Source of the DNA: Vicinamibacterales bacterium
GTDB taxonomy: Bacteria > Acidobacteriota > Vicinamibacteria > Vicinamibacterales > CAVVIG01
Direction: 5' to 3'
DNA: 59,568 bases
Assembly (NCBI GenBank): GCA_035510155.1
Contig: DATKHR010000076.1
Coordinates: 1-59,568, forward strand
Shown here: one piece after another, positions 44,629 to 54,420 of the stretch
How positions within the stretch are numbered: the stretch's first letter is position 1
How the letters are laid out: each line of letters starts with the position of its first letter
Translations under genes and position numbers: made by a program
The notes under the pieces: model-generated
What the model was told of the DNA's origin: nothing
Databases searched by the model: none
What the model saw: only the letters and a program-made list of their open reading frames with translations

Positions 44629-45984
44629 TCAGGCTGGGCCTGAAGCCGCCGACCCCACACCGTCCGCGGCGAGGGAGCCGCGCGGCATGAACAACAGGAT
44701 CAGCGCTGCCGCGAGGACCTCGAGCCCGGCGATGACATATAGTCCCGTCGCGGTTTTGCCCGTCACATCCTCCAGCCAGCCGACCACCGAGGGTCCGACC
44801 CAGCCTGTGAGCATGCCGAGGGAATTGATGAGCGCGATCCCGCCGGCAACCGCCGTGCCGGCCAGCAGCATCGGCGGTATTTGCCAGAACGGTCCGTTGT
44901 AGCAGAGCGCGCTCGCGACTGCGACAACGAGAGCGCCAAAGGCCAGACGCGGAGTGCCGGCGAAGAGACCGATCCCGACGAGGCCAGCGGCGCACATCAG
45001 GCAGGGAAGCGCGGCGTGGTAGCGCCGCTCCCGCGTGCGGTCGGAATGGCGGCTCACCAATACCATCCCAACCAAAGCGCCAATGTACGGCACTGCGGAG
45101 AGCATGCCGATCCTGATGGCGTTCGTCACGCCGAACCCCTGAATGATGCTCGGCACCCAGAACGTAATGGTTGCGTTAGAGGAGGTCGCACAAAAATGGA
45201 TGACGGTCAGGAGCCACACGCGGGGAAGCTTCAACGCCTGGGAGAAGCCGTGCTCGCGGGCACCGGCATTGACGCGATCCTTTTCGAGATCGGCAAGAAC
45301 GAGCCGCTTCTCACCCTCGGTGAGCCAGCCTGCATTCGCCGGCTTGTCAACCACGATCAGGAACGCCAAAAGTCCAACGAGGATCGAGGGAACACCTTCC
45401 AGCAGGAACAGCCATTGCCAATTGGCGAGGCCCGCCCTGCCGCCCATCGAACCCATAATCCAGCCCGAGAGGGGGCCGCCGAGGATGGTCGAGAGTGGGA
45501 TGGAAGTCAGGAAGAGGGCGACCATCTGGGCGCGATGCCTGGCAGGAAACCAATAGGTCAAGTAGAGGACCACGCCAGGAAGCAGACCTGCTTCGAATGA
45601 ACCGAGTAGAAAGCGCAACACGTAGAACCATGGGGCAGATTTCACGAACATCATCGCCATGCTCGTGAAGCCCCACAAGATCGTGATGCGGGCGAAGGTC
45701 TTGCGGGCGCCGATCCTCTCGAGCAGCAGGTTGCTGGGAATCTCGAACAGCATGTAGCCCAGATAGACGATGCCCGCGCCAAACCCGTACACCGCCTCGC
45801 TGAAGCCGAGGTCCTTCACCATCTGCAGCTTGGCGAACCCCAGGTTGTAGCGGTCCAGCCACGCCATGAGAAAGAGAAGCACAAGGAAGGGGATGATCCG
45901 CCTCGCGATCTTCGCGTACACCGCGTCAATATCGCCGACGACAATCGGGCGAAGGGTCGTCGCGGATTCAGCCACGTGTTTCAT
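44629..45984 (-). CDS. MFS transporter (anion:cation symporter ACS-like)
   Basis: ...FLMAWLDRYNLGFAKLQM... is ACS-type. ATG 45984 is codon 31 of the track ORF. Confidence 0.85.
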   Translation of the reverse strand: MKHVAESATTLRPIVVGDIDAVYAKIARRIIPFLVLLFLMAWLDRYNLGFAKLQMVKDLGFSEAVYGFGAGIVYLGYMLFEIPSNLLLERIGARKTFARITILWGFTSMAMMFVKSAPWFYVLRFLLGSFEAGLLPGVVLYLTYWFPARHRAQMVALFLTSIPLSTILGGPLSGWIMGSMGGRAGLANWQWLFLLEGVPSILVGLLAFLIVVDKPANAGWLTEGEKRLVLADLEKDRVNAGAREHGFSQALKLPRVWLLTVIHFCATSSNATITFWVPSIIQGFGVTNAIRIGMLSAVPYIGALVGMVLVSRHSDRTRERRYHAALPCLMCAAGLVGIGLFAGTPRLAFGALVVAVASALCYNGPFWQIPPMLLAGTAVAGGIALINSLGMLTGWVGPSVVGWLEDVTGKTATGLYVIAGLEVLAAALILLFMPRGSLAADGVGSAASGPA

Positions 45985-46078
45985 GAGCGCCGTTCGGCAG
46001 AAGTGCACATCATACTGGCGTGCAGGCTGGCGCGTTGGAACCCGCAGTGATAACGTCCAACGGTCTGGAGGCAAGGGG

Positions 46079-47254
46079 ATGGCGAAGGTGTCTCGTCGTG
46101 AACTCGGCCGACTTGCAGCGGGTCTGGCGGCAACGCAGGCGCTCTCGCCGCAAGCACAAGCACGAGTGCCCGAGCAATCGTCCTACATCGGCCCGCTGAC
46201 CGGCATCACAGCAGGCCTCGAGGGCCGTCAATTCGATCCGGTCGCTTACACCCACGACGTGTTCGGCGTGACGCCGCAGCGACTACGATTTCAAGCTCGT
46301 ACGCGTTCAGAAGGCGAAGTCTGGCAGAGAGCCTTGCGCGCCAAAATAACCGAGTTGCTCGGCGGGTTCCCCGCCGAGCGGCCGCCGCTCAACCCTGTTC
46401 TCCTCGAGACCCGCGCGTTCCCCACTTACCGGCGAGAAAAGATCGCATTCGACAGTCGACCGGGATCGAGCGTGCTTGCCTACGCCCTGATTCCCGCGCA
46501 CGCCAAAGCGCCTGCCTCGACGGTCATCTGCGTGCCAGGCCACGGCCGCGGCGTCGACGATATCGTCGGCATCGACGAGCAGGGGCGTGATCGGACGGAC
46601 AGAAGCGGGTATCAGCACGACTTTGCTATTCAAGCGACGGAAGCTGGATTGGTCGCGCTGGCGATCGAGCCGATGGGATTCGGGTGCCGGCGCGATCCGG
46701 TCAACGCGCGGCAAGGGCTGTCACACAAGGCGTGCGAGCCGGTGGCGGGCAGCGCGCTGCTGGTCGGCCAGACGATGATCGGATGGCGCGTCTGGGACGT
46801 CATGCGGACGATTGACTACATCGCGACGCGACCCGAGCTGGACTCGAGCCGCGTCGGCTGCATGGGAATCTCAGGCGGCGGGACGGTCACGCTCTTTGCG
46901 ACCGCACTCGAGCCGCGGATTCGCGCGGCGATGGTGAGCGGTTATCTCAACACTTTTCGGGACAGCATCGGCAGCCTTGCCCATTGCATCGACAACTACG
47001 TCCCCGGCGTCCTGAATTGGGCCGAGATGTATGACGTCGCCGGCCTGATTGCGCCGCGGCCGCTGTTCGTGGAATCGGGAGAGAAAGACAACATCTTTCC
47101 GATTCACGCGAGCATCGAGAGCTTCAGTAGAGTCCGCGAGATCTACAGCGTGTTCGGGGCGACTGACCTGATCGAACAAGAGGTGTTTCCCGGTGAGCAC
47201 TCGTTTTGGGGCAAACGGGGCGTTCCATTCCTGGCGCGAAGCCTGAATGCATGA
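46079..47254 (+). CDS. Alpha/beta hydrolase (acetyl-xylan-esterase / dienelactone-hydrolase-like) with Tat-type signal
   Basis: ATG 46079 has GGAG 9 nt upstream. It has a twin-Arg signal SRRELGRLAAGLAA and nucleophile elbow GISGGG. Confidence 0.75.
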   Translation: MAKVSRRELGRLAAGLAATQALSPQAQARVPEQSSYIGPLTGITAGLEGRQFDPVAYTHDVFGVTPQRLRFQARTRSEGEVWQRALRAKITELLGGFPAERPPLNPVLLETRAFPTYRREKIAFDSRPGSSVLAYALIPAHAKAPASTVICVPGHGRGVDDIVGIDEQGRDRTDRSGYQHDFAIQATEAGLVALAIEPMGFGCRRDPVNARQGLSHKACEPVAGSALLVGQTMIGWRVWDVMRTIDYIATRPELDSSRVGCMGISGGGTVTLFATALEPRIRAAMVSGYLNTFRDSIGSLAHCIDNYVPGVLNWAEMYDVAGLIAPRPLFVESGEKDNIFPIHASIESFSRVREIYSVFGATDLIEQEVFPGEHSFWGKRGVPFLARSLNA

Positions 47255-47305
47255 AAGGCACCGATCCTCAAATAACTCTTCACCCCCCTCGGCGTGATTC
47301 GGGCC

Positions 47306-48025
47306 TCAAGCTGCGATCGGACTGCCAAACAGCCCTTCACGGATCAGCTCGTCAACCGCGATCACAAACTGTCGGATGCTTGGGAGACGAAGTGTGAGGG
47401 TCGCGGACGGCAGCAGCCGTTCCGCCAATGCCACGAGCGCGACCGTCGCTCGTTGTTTGGGAGTCTTGTCGAGCAGCCACCACAACAGCACCGCGAGGTG
47501 GACGAGATACAGAAGCCGGCCGAGCGCCTCAGCCAACGGCGGCTTCGGCGCATCGCTCGATCCTGCAACCGCGTCCTCGAAGACCCGCTGAACACGCTGG
47601 CGGGAGAACGCAGTTCGAACGGCGAACACCCCGTCATCTGGGTCGCCGACGAGCACGGGAACCAGCGCGCGGAGTGCGACGCGGTGCGGCTGTAAAACGT
47701 GCAAGCTCGTCCGGAGCGCGAACATGAACCGGTCGCGCCACTTGCCCGGCCGCATGCTTGCCGCTTGATGCGCGTAGTCCGCGGAGAGTTCCTCGTAGAA
47801 GGCGATGATGACCGCCTGTTTGCTCGGGAAATACCGATAGAGCAGGCCGACACTGACACCTGCCTCTCCAGCGATATCTCGCAGGGTCGTGGCCTGGTAC
47901 CCCCCTTCAGCGATCATCCGCATGGCCGTCGCGTACAGGCGGTCTCGGGCGGCAGTGCCCTGTGCCGTCCGGCCGGGCGGTCGGCCTCTCTTCCGCAGCT
48001 TGACATTTTCAGTGAACATGTTCAT
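47306..48025 (-). CDS. TetR-family transcriptional regulator
   Basis: HTH TLRDIAGEAGVSVGLLYRYFPSK. It is divergent from the DCC gene with only about 12 nt between the start codons. ATG 48019 is an alternative start. Confidence 0.85.
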   Translation of the reverse strand: MNMFTENVKLRKRGRPPGRTAQGTAARDRLYATAMRMIAEGGYQATTLRDIAGEAGVSVGLLYRYFPSKQAVIIAFYEELSADYAHQAASMRPGKWRDRFMFALRTSLHVLQPHRVALRALVPVLVGDPDDGVFAVRTAFSRQRVQRVFEDAVAGSSDAPKPPLAEALGRLLYLVHLAVLLWWLLDKTPKQRATVALVALAERLLPSATLTLRLPSIRQFVIAVDELIREGLFGSPIAA

Positions 48026-48037
48026 TAATATTAGAGC

Positions 48038-48487
48038 ATGATTGATTCTCGAGTGCAACCAGGGTCACAGCCCGAAGGCGCTCACCTGGTCCTGTACGAC
48101 GGCATGTGCGGCCTCTGCGACCGCCTCGTGCAATTCCTGCTGACACACGACCACCGCCGTGTCTTCAATTTCGCTTCGCTCCAGAGCGCGACCGGTCAGG
48201 CCATGCTCGAGCGGTACCGCCAGGATTCTCGCGATCTGACCTCGTTCTATGTTGTGGCGAACTATCGAACGCCGGATTCCCGTCTCTTCATGAGAAGTGA
48301 CGCCGCGCTTTTCGTGGCAAGCGAACTCGCGTGGCTGTGGAAGGCGATGCGCCTCGTGCGCCTGGTACCGAAGGGAGTCCGTGACCGCGTGTACGACCTC
48401 GTGGCTCGAAATCGATATCGCGTCTTCGGCCGGCACGAACAGTGTCTGATGCCTCGTCCGGAGTTCCGAAGCCGATTCGTCGACTGA
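48038..48487 (+). CDS. DCC-family thiol-disulfide oxidoreductase (DUF393)
   Basis: LYDGMCGLCD motif near the N-terminus; 149 aa. Confidence 0.8.
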   Translation: MIDSRVQPGSQPEGAHLVLYDGMCGLCDRLVQFLLTHDHRRVFNFASLQSATGQAMLERYRQDSRDLTSFYVVANYRTPDSRLFMRSDAALFVASELAWLWKAMRLVRLVPKGVRDRVYDLVARNRYRVFGRHEQCLMPRPEFRSRFVD

Positions 48488-48512
48488 ACGGAGGGGACCG
48501 TAACGGGAGGAC

Positions 48513-49229
48513 ATGATGTCCAACGCACCGAAGGAACCGAACGCGGCCCACCTTGTGAGCCTGGCGGACGAGAAGGCGGTTCAGGAGGTCGTCCGGACGA
48601 CCATCCTCGATCTCTGGAAAGTCGTGAACACTCTCACGCGGCTCCGGCCGTCGAAGCGTGAGCGTTATCGCGTGACCATTTTCGGGTCGGCCCGCGCCCA
48701 GCCCGGAACGTTCGTGTACGAGGAAGTGAAACGTGCGGCGGTCGCCTTTGCATCGATGGGCTGCGACATCGTCACCGGCGGTGGCCCCGGCCTGATGCAA
48801 GCTGCCAACGAGGGCGCGCGCACCGCCGGCGCGACCGGTTCGATGGGTATCCGCGTGGACCTGCCGTTCGAGCAGGACGTGAATCCGTTTGTCGAGCAGG
48901 CCTTCGAGCACGAGACATTCTTCACGCGACTCCATCACTTTGTGATCATTTCCGACGCGTTCGTCGTGATGCCGGGTGGCATCGGTACGGTGCTCGAGAC
49001 GCTCATGATCTGGCAACTGCTCCAGGTGCGGCACATGGACAACGTGCCGCTCCTCCTCGTGGGCAAAATGTGGAAGGGGCTCGTCGAGTGGGCCACAACG
49101 AGCATGCTCGACCACAGGCTGGCACTCGCGAAACCGGAAGACATGCAGATTCCGCAGTGCCTCGAGACGGCGGATGAAGCCATCGCGGTCGTTCGCGATC
49201 TGCACGACAAGTGGCAAGCGCGGCAGTAA
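48513..49229 (+). CDS. LOG / TIGR00730-family protein (second paralogue in the window)
   Basis: TGGGPGLMQAANEGA and MPGGIGTVLE motifs. Confidence 0.85.
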   Translation: MMSNAPKEPNAAHLVSLADEKAVQEVVRTTILDLWKVVNTLTRLRPSKRERYRVTIFGSARAQPGTFVYEEVKRAAVAFASMGCDIVTGGGPGLMQAANEGARTAGATGSMGIRVDLPFEQDVNPFVEQAFEHETFFTRLHHFVIISDAFVVMPGGIGTVLETLMIWQLLQVRHMDNVPLLLVGKMWKGLVEWATTSMLDHRLALAKPEDMQIPQCLETADEAIAVVRDLHDKWQARQ

Positions 49230-49500
49230 GCTCGACACATGTCGTGCGCGGATATCACTTGGGCAATCGCGATTGCCACCGTGCATTGTCCGCGACGACC
49301 TTGGAAACCACCGCGGCCCTGCAGCGCAGGCTTACCCGCGATGTGGCAGTGTTACTTGGGACGTGAGGCGTGATCTCGCAAGCGCGCCAAGAACTGGAGC
49401 GTGCTCGATCGGGAGTGGATCGGTCTCGGCTATTTCGATGGCTATATTGGTTCGGCGCTGGTGAGGTCAACGCGACTTCGGCATCGAACCGATCTTCCCG

Positions 49501-50442
49501 TCACCAATACGCAATGCCGTCAGGACCTTGGCCGACCGGCACTTTCGTGGTTACCGTCCAGGTGGATGTATCGATCACCTGCATTTCGTTTGCAGCCGTG
49601 CACGCGACGAACGCGCGGCGTCCATCCGGTGCAACGATCACGCCCCCAGGGTTGCCACCTACGGAAATGGTCGTGACCGGCTTCCGAGCGGCGACATCAT
49701 AGACGGTGACATCGGAAGATCCGGCATTCGGAATGAAGACGGTTTTTCCGTTGGGGCTGAACGCGACTCGGATCGGTCCGGTCCCGGTCGACAGCGTCGC
49801 GACGACCTGATGCTTAGCCGCGTCGACGACGCTCACGGTATTGTCAGTGCGATTTGCCGCCCATACTTGCTTCCCGTCCGGAGACAGGGCCAAGCCCTCC
49901 ACACCTTTGCCGGCCGGAATATTGGCGACAATCTTCATCGCGTTCACGTCAAACACCGACACCGTGGCCGAGGTGACGTTCGTGAAGTAAGCCCAGCGGC
50001 TGTCGGGACTGACAACGACCATATGCGTTCGTTCTTGATCCGTGTCGACTGCACGAGCGATCTCGTCTTTTCTTGCATCGATCACGATGATCTTTTTCTT
50101 GCCTTCGCTGGTCACGAACCCGTAGCGACCGTCGGGGGTGAACGCCACTCCGTGGGGAGTTCCGAAATCTGCTGAGGTCAGCGTCTTCAGCACCTTACGC
50201 GTCATCAAGTCGACCACCGAGACGGTGTTCTCGCCGGTGTTGGCGACGTACGCCTTCGATCCATTTGGCGAGACCGCCATCTCGTGGGGCGTTTTGCCCA
50301 CGGCGACGGTCTGTTCTGATTTCATGGACGTCGTGTTCACGAACGAAATGCTGTCCCCTGCCTTGTTCAGCACCAAAACCACATTCGGATCGGTCGCAAA
50401 AGTCAGGGCGCTGAAAAGCCATACGGCTAGAAAAGCCTTCAT
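49501..50442 (-). CDS. Secreted YVTN-type beta-propeller repeat protein
   Basis: Signal peptide followed by repeated ~40-aa units (VANTGENTVSVVD, AANRTDNTVSVVD, IPNAGSSDVTVYD). Confidence 0.8.
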   Translation of the reverse strand: MKAFLAVWLFSALTFATDPNVVLVLNKAGDSISFVNTTSMKSEQTVAVGKTPHEMAVSPNGSKAYVANTGENTVSVVDLMTRKVLKTLTSADFGTPHGVAFTPDGRYGFVTSEGKKKIIVIDARKDEIARAVDTDQERTHMVVVSPDSRWAYFTNVTSATVSVFDVNAMKIVANIPAGKGVEGLALSPDGKQVWAANRTDNTVSVVDAAKHQVVATLSTGTGPIRVAFSPNGKTVFIPNAGSSDVTVYDVAARKPVTTISVGGNPGGVIVAPDGRRAFVACTAANEMQVIDTSTWTVTTKVPVGQGPDGIAYW

Positions 50443-50467
50443 CGGGACCTCCTCTACAACTTTCCAC

Positions 50468-51286
50468 CTACATCAACCTGCAAATCATTCGGGTTTGTCC
50501 CGCGTCGCAATACCAGAGAACGCCTTTGCCGTCGATGTCGAGACCGTGGGGTTCGGGATCAGTCGGCGACAACTGGATTTTGGCCAGCATCCGCCCATCC
50601 TTCGGATCGAGCTTGTAAATCGCACGGTCGTCGGAATTGATTACCCAGAGCGATCCGTTGTCCCAGGCGATTCCGTGGGTACGCGGCGTCGAGCCGGGCG
50701 CTGGAATGCTTCGGATGATGTCGCCCGTCTCCGGCTCCATCAAATAGACTCTTCCACCCGCCGGCACCGCCATCCAGTACTTGCCATCGACCCATTTCAG
50801 ACCGTGCCCGCCCGACGGCGTGTCGGTCGCTGGATTCATTCTCCCGTAGTACCCGGAGCCGGGGGTCCGCCAGGACTTCAACGTCTTCCCCGTTTGCGGA
50901 TCGACCTTTAACGTGACGGGCGGGTCCTTCGGGTCCTTCATCTTCGTGGACGTGATCCAAAGTGCTCCACTGCCAAAAGTGATGCCGCTACCGTGGATGG
51001 AATCCGTCATGATTTCCCTGATCACGGCGCCCGTCTCTGGCGTCACCAGGAATACTTTGTTGCCAGGCTGATCAACCTGATCGAGTATCCACAGGCCTTC
51101 CGACGTGAACTGAAGATCGTTCGGTTGCCTGCAGCCCGCCACCGTATAGAGCCTCTCGACGCGCTTCGTGATGAGCGGCACATTCTCCAGGGCGCGCGCC
51201 GGCGCGACACGGGTAGCGGCCACGGCAGGAACCGAGGCCACGGCAGTCAGAAAACGGCGACGCGAAATCTGATGACCGATCAACAT
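50468..51286 (-). CDS. Tat-exported beta-propeller-like protein
   Basis: AAGGAGG SD. It has a twin-Arg signal SRRRFLTAVASVPAVAA and repeated G..W(I/V) propeller-like blades. The precise family is not recognised. Confidence 0.7.
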   Translation of the reverse strand: MLIGHQISRRRFLTAVASVPAVAATRVAPARALENVPLITKRVERLYTVAGCRQPNDLQFTSEGLWILDQVDQPGNKVFLVTPETGAVIREIMTDSIHGSGITFGSGALWITSTKMKDPKDPPVTLKVDPQTGKTLKSWRTPGSGYYGRMNPATDTPSGGHGLKWVDGKYWMAVPAGGRVYLMEPETGDIIRSIPAPGSTPRTHGIAWDNGSLWVINSDDRAIYKLDPKDGRMLAKIQLSPTDPEPHGLDIDGKGVLWYCDAGQTRMICRLM

Positions 51287-51757
51287 CGTTCCTCCTTGAA
51301 TGTGATCGCTATGATGTTAACGAGCACCCGGGCGAGCGGCACGGCGTAGACGGGCTTGGTCTCGGCGGCCGGTTTATAGCTGTCAATGCAAGGGAACATC
51401 GACGTCCAGGTCGCGGCGATTCCCGGTTCTGGAGAATCTCGTAGGCACCCTTGAGGCGCCAGGGCGAAGGGGTCTGTCTTCGTCCGTCGAGTTGGCTCCA
51501 TTTCAACACGGATAGCCTCTGGCGGACAAGCGATGTGCGCCTGAAACCCTCGACGCCGTGCTCGCCGATCGACCATTCAATCTGCGCCAATGCGCCTGCC
51601 AGCGCCCTTCGAAATCAGGATCGGCCCATTGCGCATGATGGACGCAAGCAGCATGATGCGATCGAATAGGCCGATAATCGAATCCGCGGCAATCGGACCG
51701 GGGAGCGAGGAGACGGACTGCTTGAGGGTATTTGGAACTGTGATCGAGGGGGCGGCA

Positions 51758-52000
51758 ATGAAGTCTTCAGAACTGATCTCGGTCTCGACATTCCGGTCAA
51801 CGGCAGATGCCCAGATCGCCAAGGGCATTCTCGATGAATCTGGAATCGAATCCATCATCCGGTCCGACAACGCTGGCGGAATGTATCCGGCGATCGGCGG
51901 CGCGGACTTGTTAGTGAGAGCAGAAGACATTGAGAAAGCAACCAATGCGCTGCATAGACGCCATCACAGTCCGACCTTTCGGACAGAGGCGACGCGCTGA
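51758..52000 (+). CDS. DUF2007-like small protein
   Basis: 80 aa with a GAGGGGG SD. MKSSELISVSTFRSTADAQIAKGILDESGIESIIRSD...LLVRAEDIEKA fits my recollection of DUF2007. The track ORF start at 51590 is upstream shadow. Confidence 0.6.
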   Translation: MKSSELISVSTFRSTADAQIAKGILDESGIESIIRSDNAGGMYPAIGGADLLVRAEDIEKATNALHRRHHSPTFRTEATR

Positions 52001-52049
52001 ATCGCCTGATCGGTGAGGACGATCTCGTCGCAAGCGAAAAGCTGTAGGC

Positions 52050-53252
52050 CTATCGGACCGGGAGCCGTGTGTCGAGCGATCGGAGGCGTTCGGCGACGGC
52101 AGTCGCCATGACGTGAGCCGCCCGGGCGTTTGGGTGTCGGTCCCATGGAAGTCGCCAAGCAGAATCCATTTCCACACGTGCATACGGTAATCCTGTCTCG
52201 TCGAGAATTCGTCGTCGAAGCATCTCCTCCACGGGTTCTTCCCCGCCAAACTGTGGAACGAGGGTGAGCGGCGCGGCTCCGCGAGATTGCGCCAGTGCCG
52301 CTGTAGCCCTAAGAACGTCTCGCGTGATGCCGATCCCGCCCTCAACCGTTTCGCTTCGGCGATACGGTACAAGGAGCCCGGCAAGCGACAGCAGCCTGGC
52401 ATGCTGTGTCGCCGGCTGCCAGACGAGTCCCGGGCCCAGGTGCGGTCGATCATCGTCGAGGTCACGGCCAAACAAGGCCGGCATGAAGAGCGAGACGACC
52501 GCGATTGGCTGATGAAAATGCGGCAATTCCCGCTCGAGGCGCAGGTACGCCTGGTCACTGCTGAAGCCGTGAACGGCAAGGTTGGCGCTCTGAACGTGCA
52601 GGATGGAGCCGACCTGCGCCGGTATACTCTCGTCCCACGCCAGTCCCTCGCCAAACATCATCGATTCGCCGATGAACACGACCGTTGGTCGCGTGGGATC
52701 GACTGGTTCATCGATTCGGCGAACGCGGTACCCGGCCGCATCGGTGGCGTATTCGATCGTGCGGCCACCCACGGCATTACGACCGATGCGAGACGGCACG
52801 AGCGTCCAGCCCAATCGCGAATCGGCTTGGCGGCGCGGTTCCTCTTCGGGCTGTAGCCACTCGCCCGGGTGCAGGCGCACCTGTCGAAGAACGAGCTCAC
52901 TCGCACCGAGCGCTAAGAGTGCCGAGAGCGCGAGCGGCAACATTCGTAACAGCAAGCGTCTCGAGAGGCGCGACGCCAGTCGCGGCGCAGCGACGGCCAC
53001 CAACCCACCAAGCGTTACCACCGACCAACGACCGACCACATACAAGAGAACGTACCAATGTCGCGGCAGAAAGAACGACGGAAGGACGTGCCGATCGAGC
53101 CAGCGCTGATCCGCGGCGATTGCAAGCCACACCAATGCTGCGCCGATCACAGTGATGCCGAGCACGGCGGGCACACGGTGCGGAGTGGTGGCTGGCTTCA
53201 CACCTCCGGTGGACCACCCAGTCCCCGTCGCTTCGGAACGCGAACCGATCAC
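52050..53252 (-). CDS. Membrane-anchored SGNH/GDSL-like hydrolase-fold protein
   Basis: Three N-terminal TM helices, then VVFIGESMMFG (block-I-like). GTG 53252 overlaps the upstream TGA (GTGA). Confidence 0.55.
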   Translation of the reverse strand: MIGSRSEATGTGWSTGGVKPATTPHRVPAVLGITVIGAALVWLAIAADQRWLDRHVLPSFFLPRHWYVLLYVVGRWSVVTLGGLVAVAAPRLASRLSRRLLLRMLPLALSALLALGASELVLRQVRLHPGEWLQPEEEPRRQADSRLGWTLVPSRIGRNAVGGRTIEYATDAAGYRVRRIDEPVDPTRPTVVFIGESMMFGEGLAWDESIPAQVGSILHVQSANLAVHGFSSDQAYLRLERELPHFHQPIAVVSLFMPALFGRDLDDDRPHLGPGLVWQPATQHARLLSLAGLLVPYRRSETVEGGIGITRDVLRATAALAQSRGAAPLTLVPQFGGEEPVEEMLRRRILDETGLPYARVEMDSAWRLPWDRHPNARAAHVMATAVAERLRSLDTRLPVR

Positions 53253-54205
53253 CGGCGCCGACCTATCGTGAAAAACAGACCACCCTCATACCCCATTCGA
53301 CGGATCCATCCGACTTGGGCGAGCCAGCCTTCAAGCCACCAGTTGTCAACTGCGGGATCGAACAAACCGTTCGAGTCGTCTTCGAGTACGGCACTGGGGT
53401 ACGCCCGCGTGTATTCGACGCCGTTTTCCACGAACCAGCGCTGGACCTCCGCGAGCGTGTGGCAATGTTCCTCGGGATGTTGATACTGGTCGCGCCGCCA
53501 TGCCTCACGACGCGCAGGTTCGTTCCAGCGGTCGCGCAACACAGGATCGAACGGTATCAACCGGAAGCCGGTCAACCGCGCGACGACGCGCCGCAGGCGA
53601 AGTGGAATGCGAGCCAACGTGTTGTAGAGACCGAGCACAATCATGCCGCCAGGCCGGGCGAGTGAGGCCAGCCGGACAAAGGATGCGCGGGGATCCGGTG
53701 TGTGGTGCAGTGTCCCGGAGCAATAGACGACGTCGAAGAAGTCCGTCCTCAAGGCCGGGCGCTGAAGATCGGTCTCGACGAATTGGACTCCATCGAGACC
53801 GAAGCGTCGCGCGGCCGACGCGCCAAGCAGGAGCGCCGCTCGCGCGAGATCGGCGCCCACCACCACACGATTCGCATGCGCCAGATACAAACATATTTGA
53901 CCAGTTCCGCATCCGATCTCGACCACGCGAGCGCCGGCGGGGATGGCCTGATCCAGCAACTGCACAAAGGTGCTGCGACCCGCCTTCATGCGCAGGGCCT
54001 GGAGGGTGTCACCTGGCGCATAGCCTGGAAACGGATTCGTCTCGTAGAAACGCCGAACGATCTCAGTTCGAGGATCACCGGGCAGGCGGAGGTTCGGGAT
54101 TCCATCCGGCGCGCTGAATTGCGCGCCGCAGCCATGGCAAGACCAGTCAGCCATCAGCCTATCCGCACAGGCCGGACAAGCGAACACCTCGCTGATGGCG
54201 TCCAT
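53249..54205 (-). CDS. Class I SAM-dependent methyltransferase with N-terminal Trm112-like zinc ribbon
   Basis: CPAC...CHGCG, then SAM motif I VVEIGCGTGQ and FDVVYCSGTLHH. Confidence 0.85.
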   Translation of the reverse strand: MDAISEVFACPACADRLMADWSCHGCGAQFSAPDGIPNLRLPGDPRTEIVRRFYETNPFPGYAPGDTLQALRMKAGRSTFVQLLDQAIPAGARVVEIGCGTGQICLYLAHANRVVVGADLARAALLLGASAARRFGLDGVQFVETDLQRPALRTDFFDVVYCSGTLHHTPDPRASFVRLASLARPGGMIVLGLYNTLARIPLRLRRVVARLTGFRLIPFDPVLRDRWNEPARREAWRRDQYQHPEEHCHTLAEVQRWFVENGVEYTRAYPSAVLEDDSNGLFDPAVDNWWLEGWLAQVGWIRRMGYEGGLFFTIGRRR

Positions 54206-54207
54206 GC

Positions 54208-54420
54208 TCAGAAGACGGCGTAGATAAAGGGAGCCAGCGCTTCAATGGTGGTGGCCAGAATGAGCACCACGCCAAAAACGCAGAGGAACACCGCCAAGGG
54301 GATGAGCCAGCGTTTACCAGAATCGCTTCGCCACAGGCCGCCGACGAGATCCGCAATTGAGCCACCGGCCATGCCAATCATGAGGAGTCGTCGCCGTATG
54401 CCGCTTGACTTCTTGATCAT
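54208..54420 (-). CDS. DUF5989-like small membrane protein
   Basis: 70 aa. ...KRWLIPLAVFLCVFGVVLILATTIEALAPFIYAVF matches the C-terminal ...APFIYxxF pattern I associate with DUF5989. The ATG overlaps the carbamoyltransferase stop (ATGA). Confidence 0.7.
   Translation of the reverse strand: MIKKSSGIRRRLLMIGMAGGSIADLVGGLWRSDSGKRWLIPLAVFLCVFGVVLILATTIEALAPFIYAVF

Noticed and set aside
49478-49494. T-loop-like GGTTCGATGCC on the minus strand as a sign of a tRNA.
   Set aside because: The upstream sequence is the 3' end of the beta-propeller gene. No acceptor, D or anticodon arms can be drawn.
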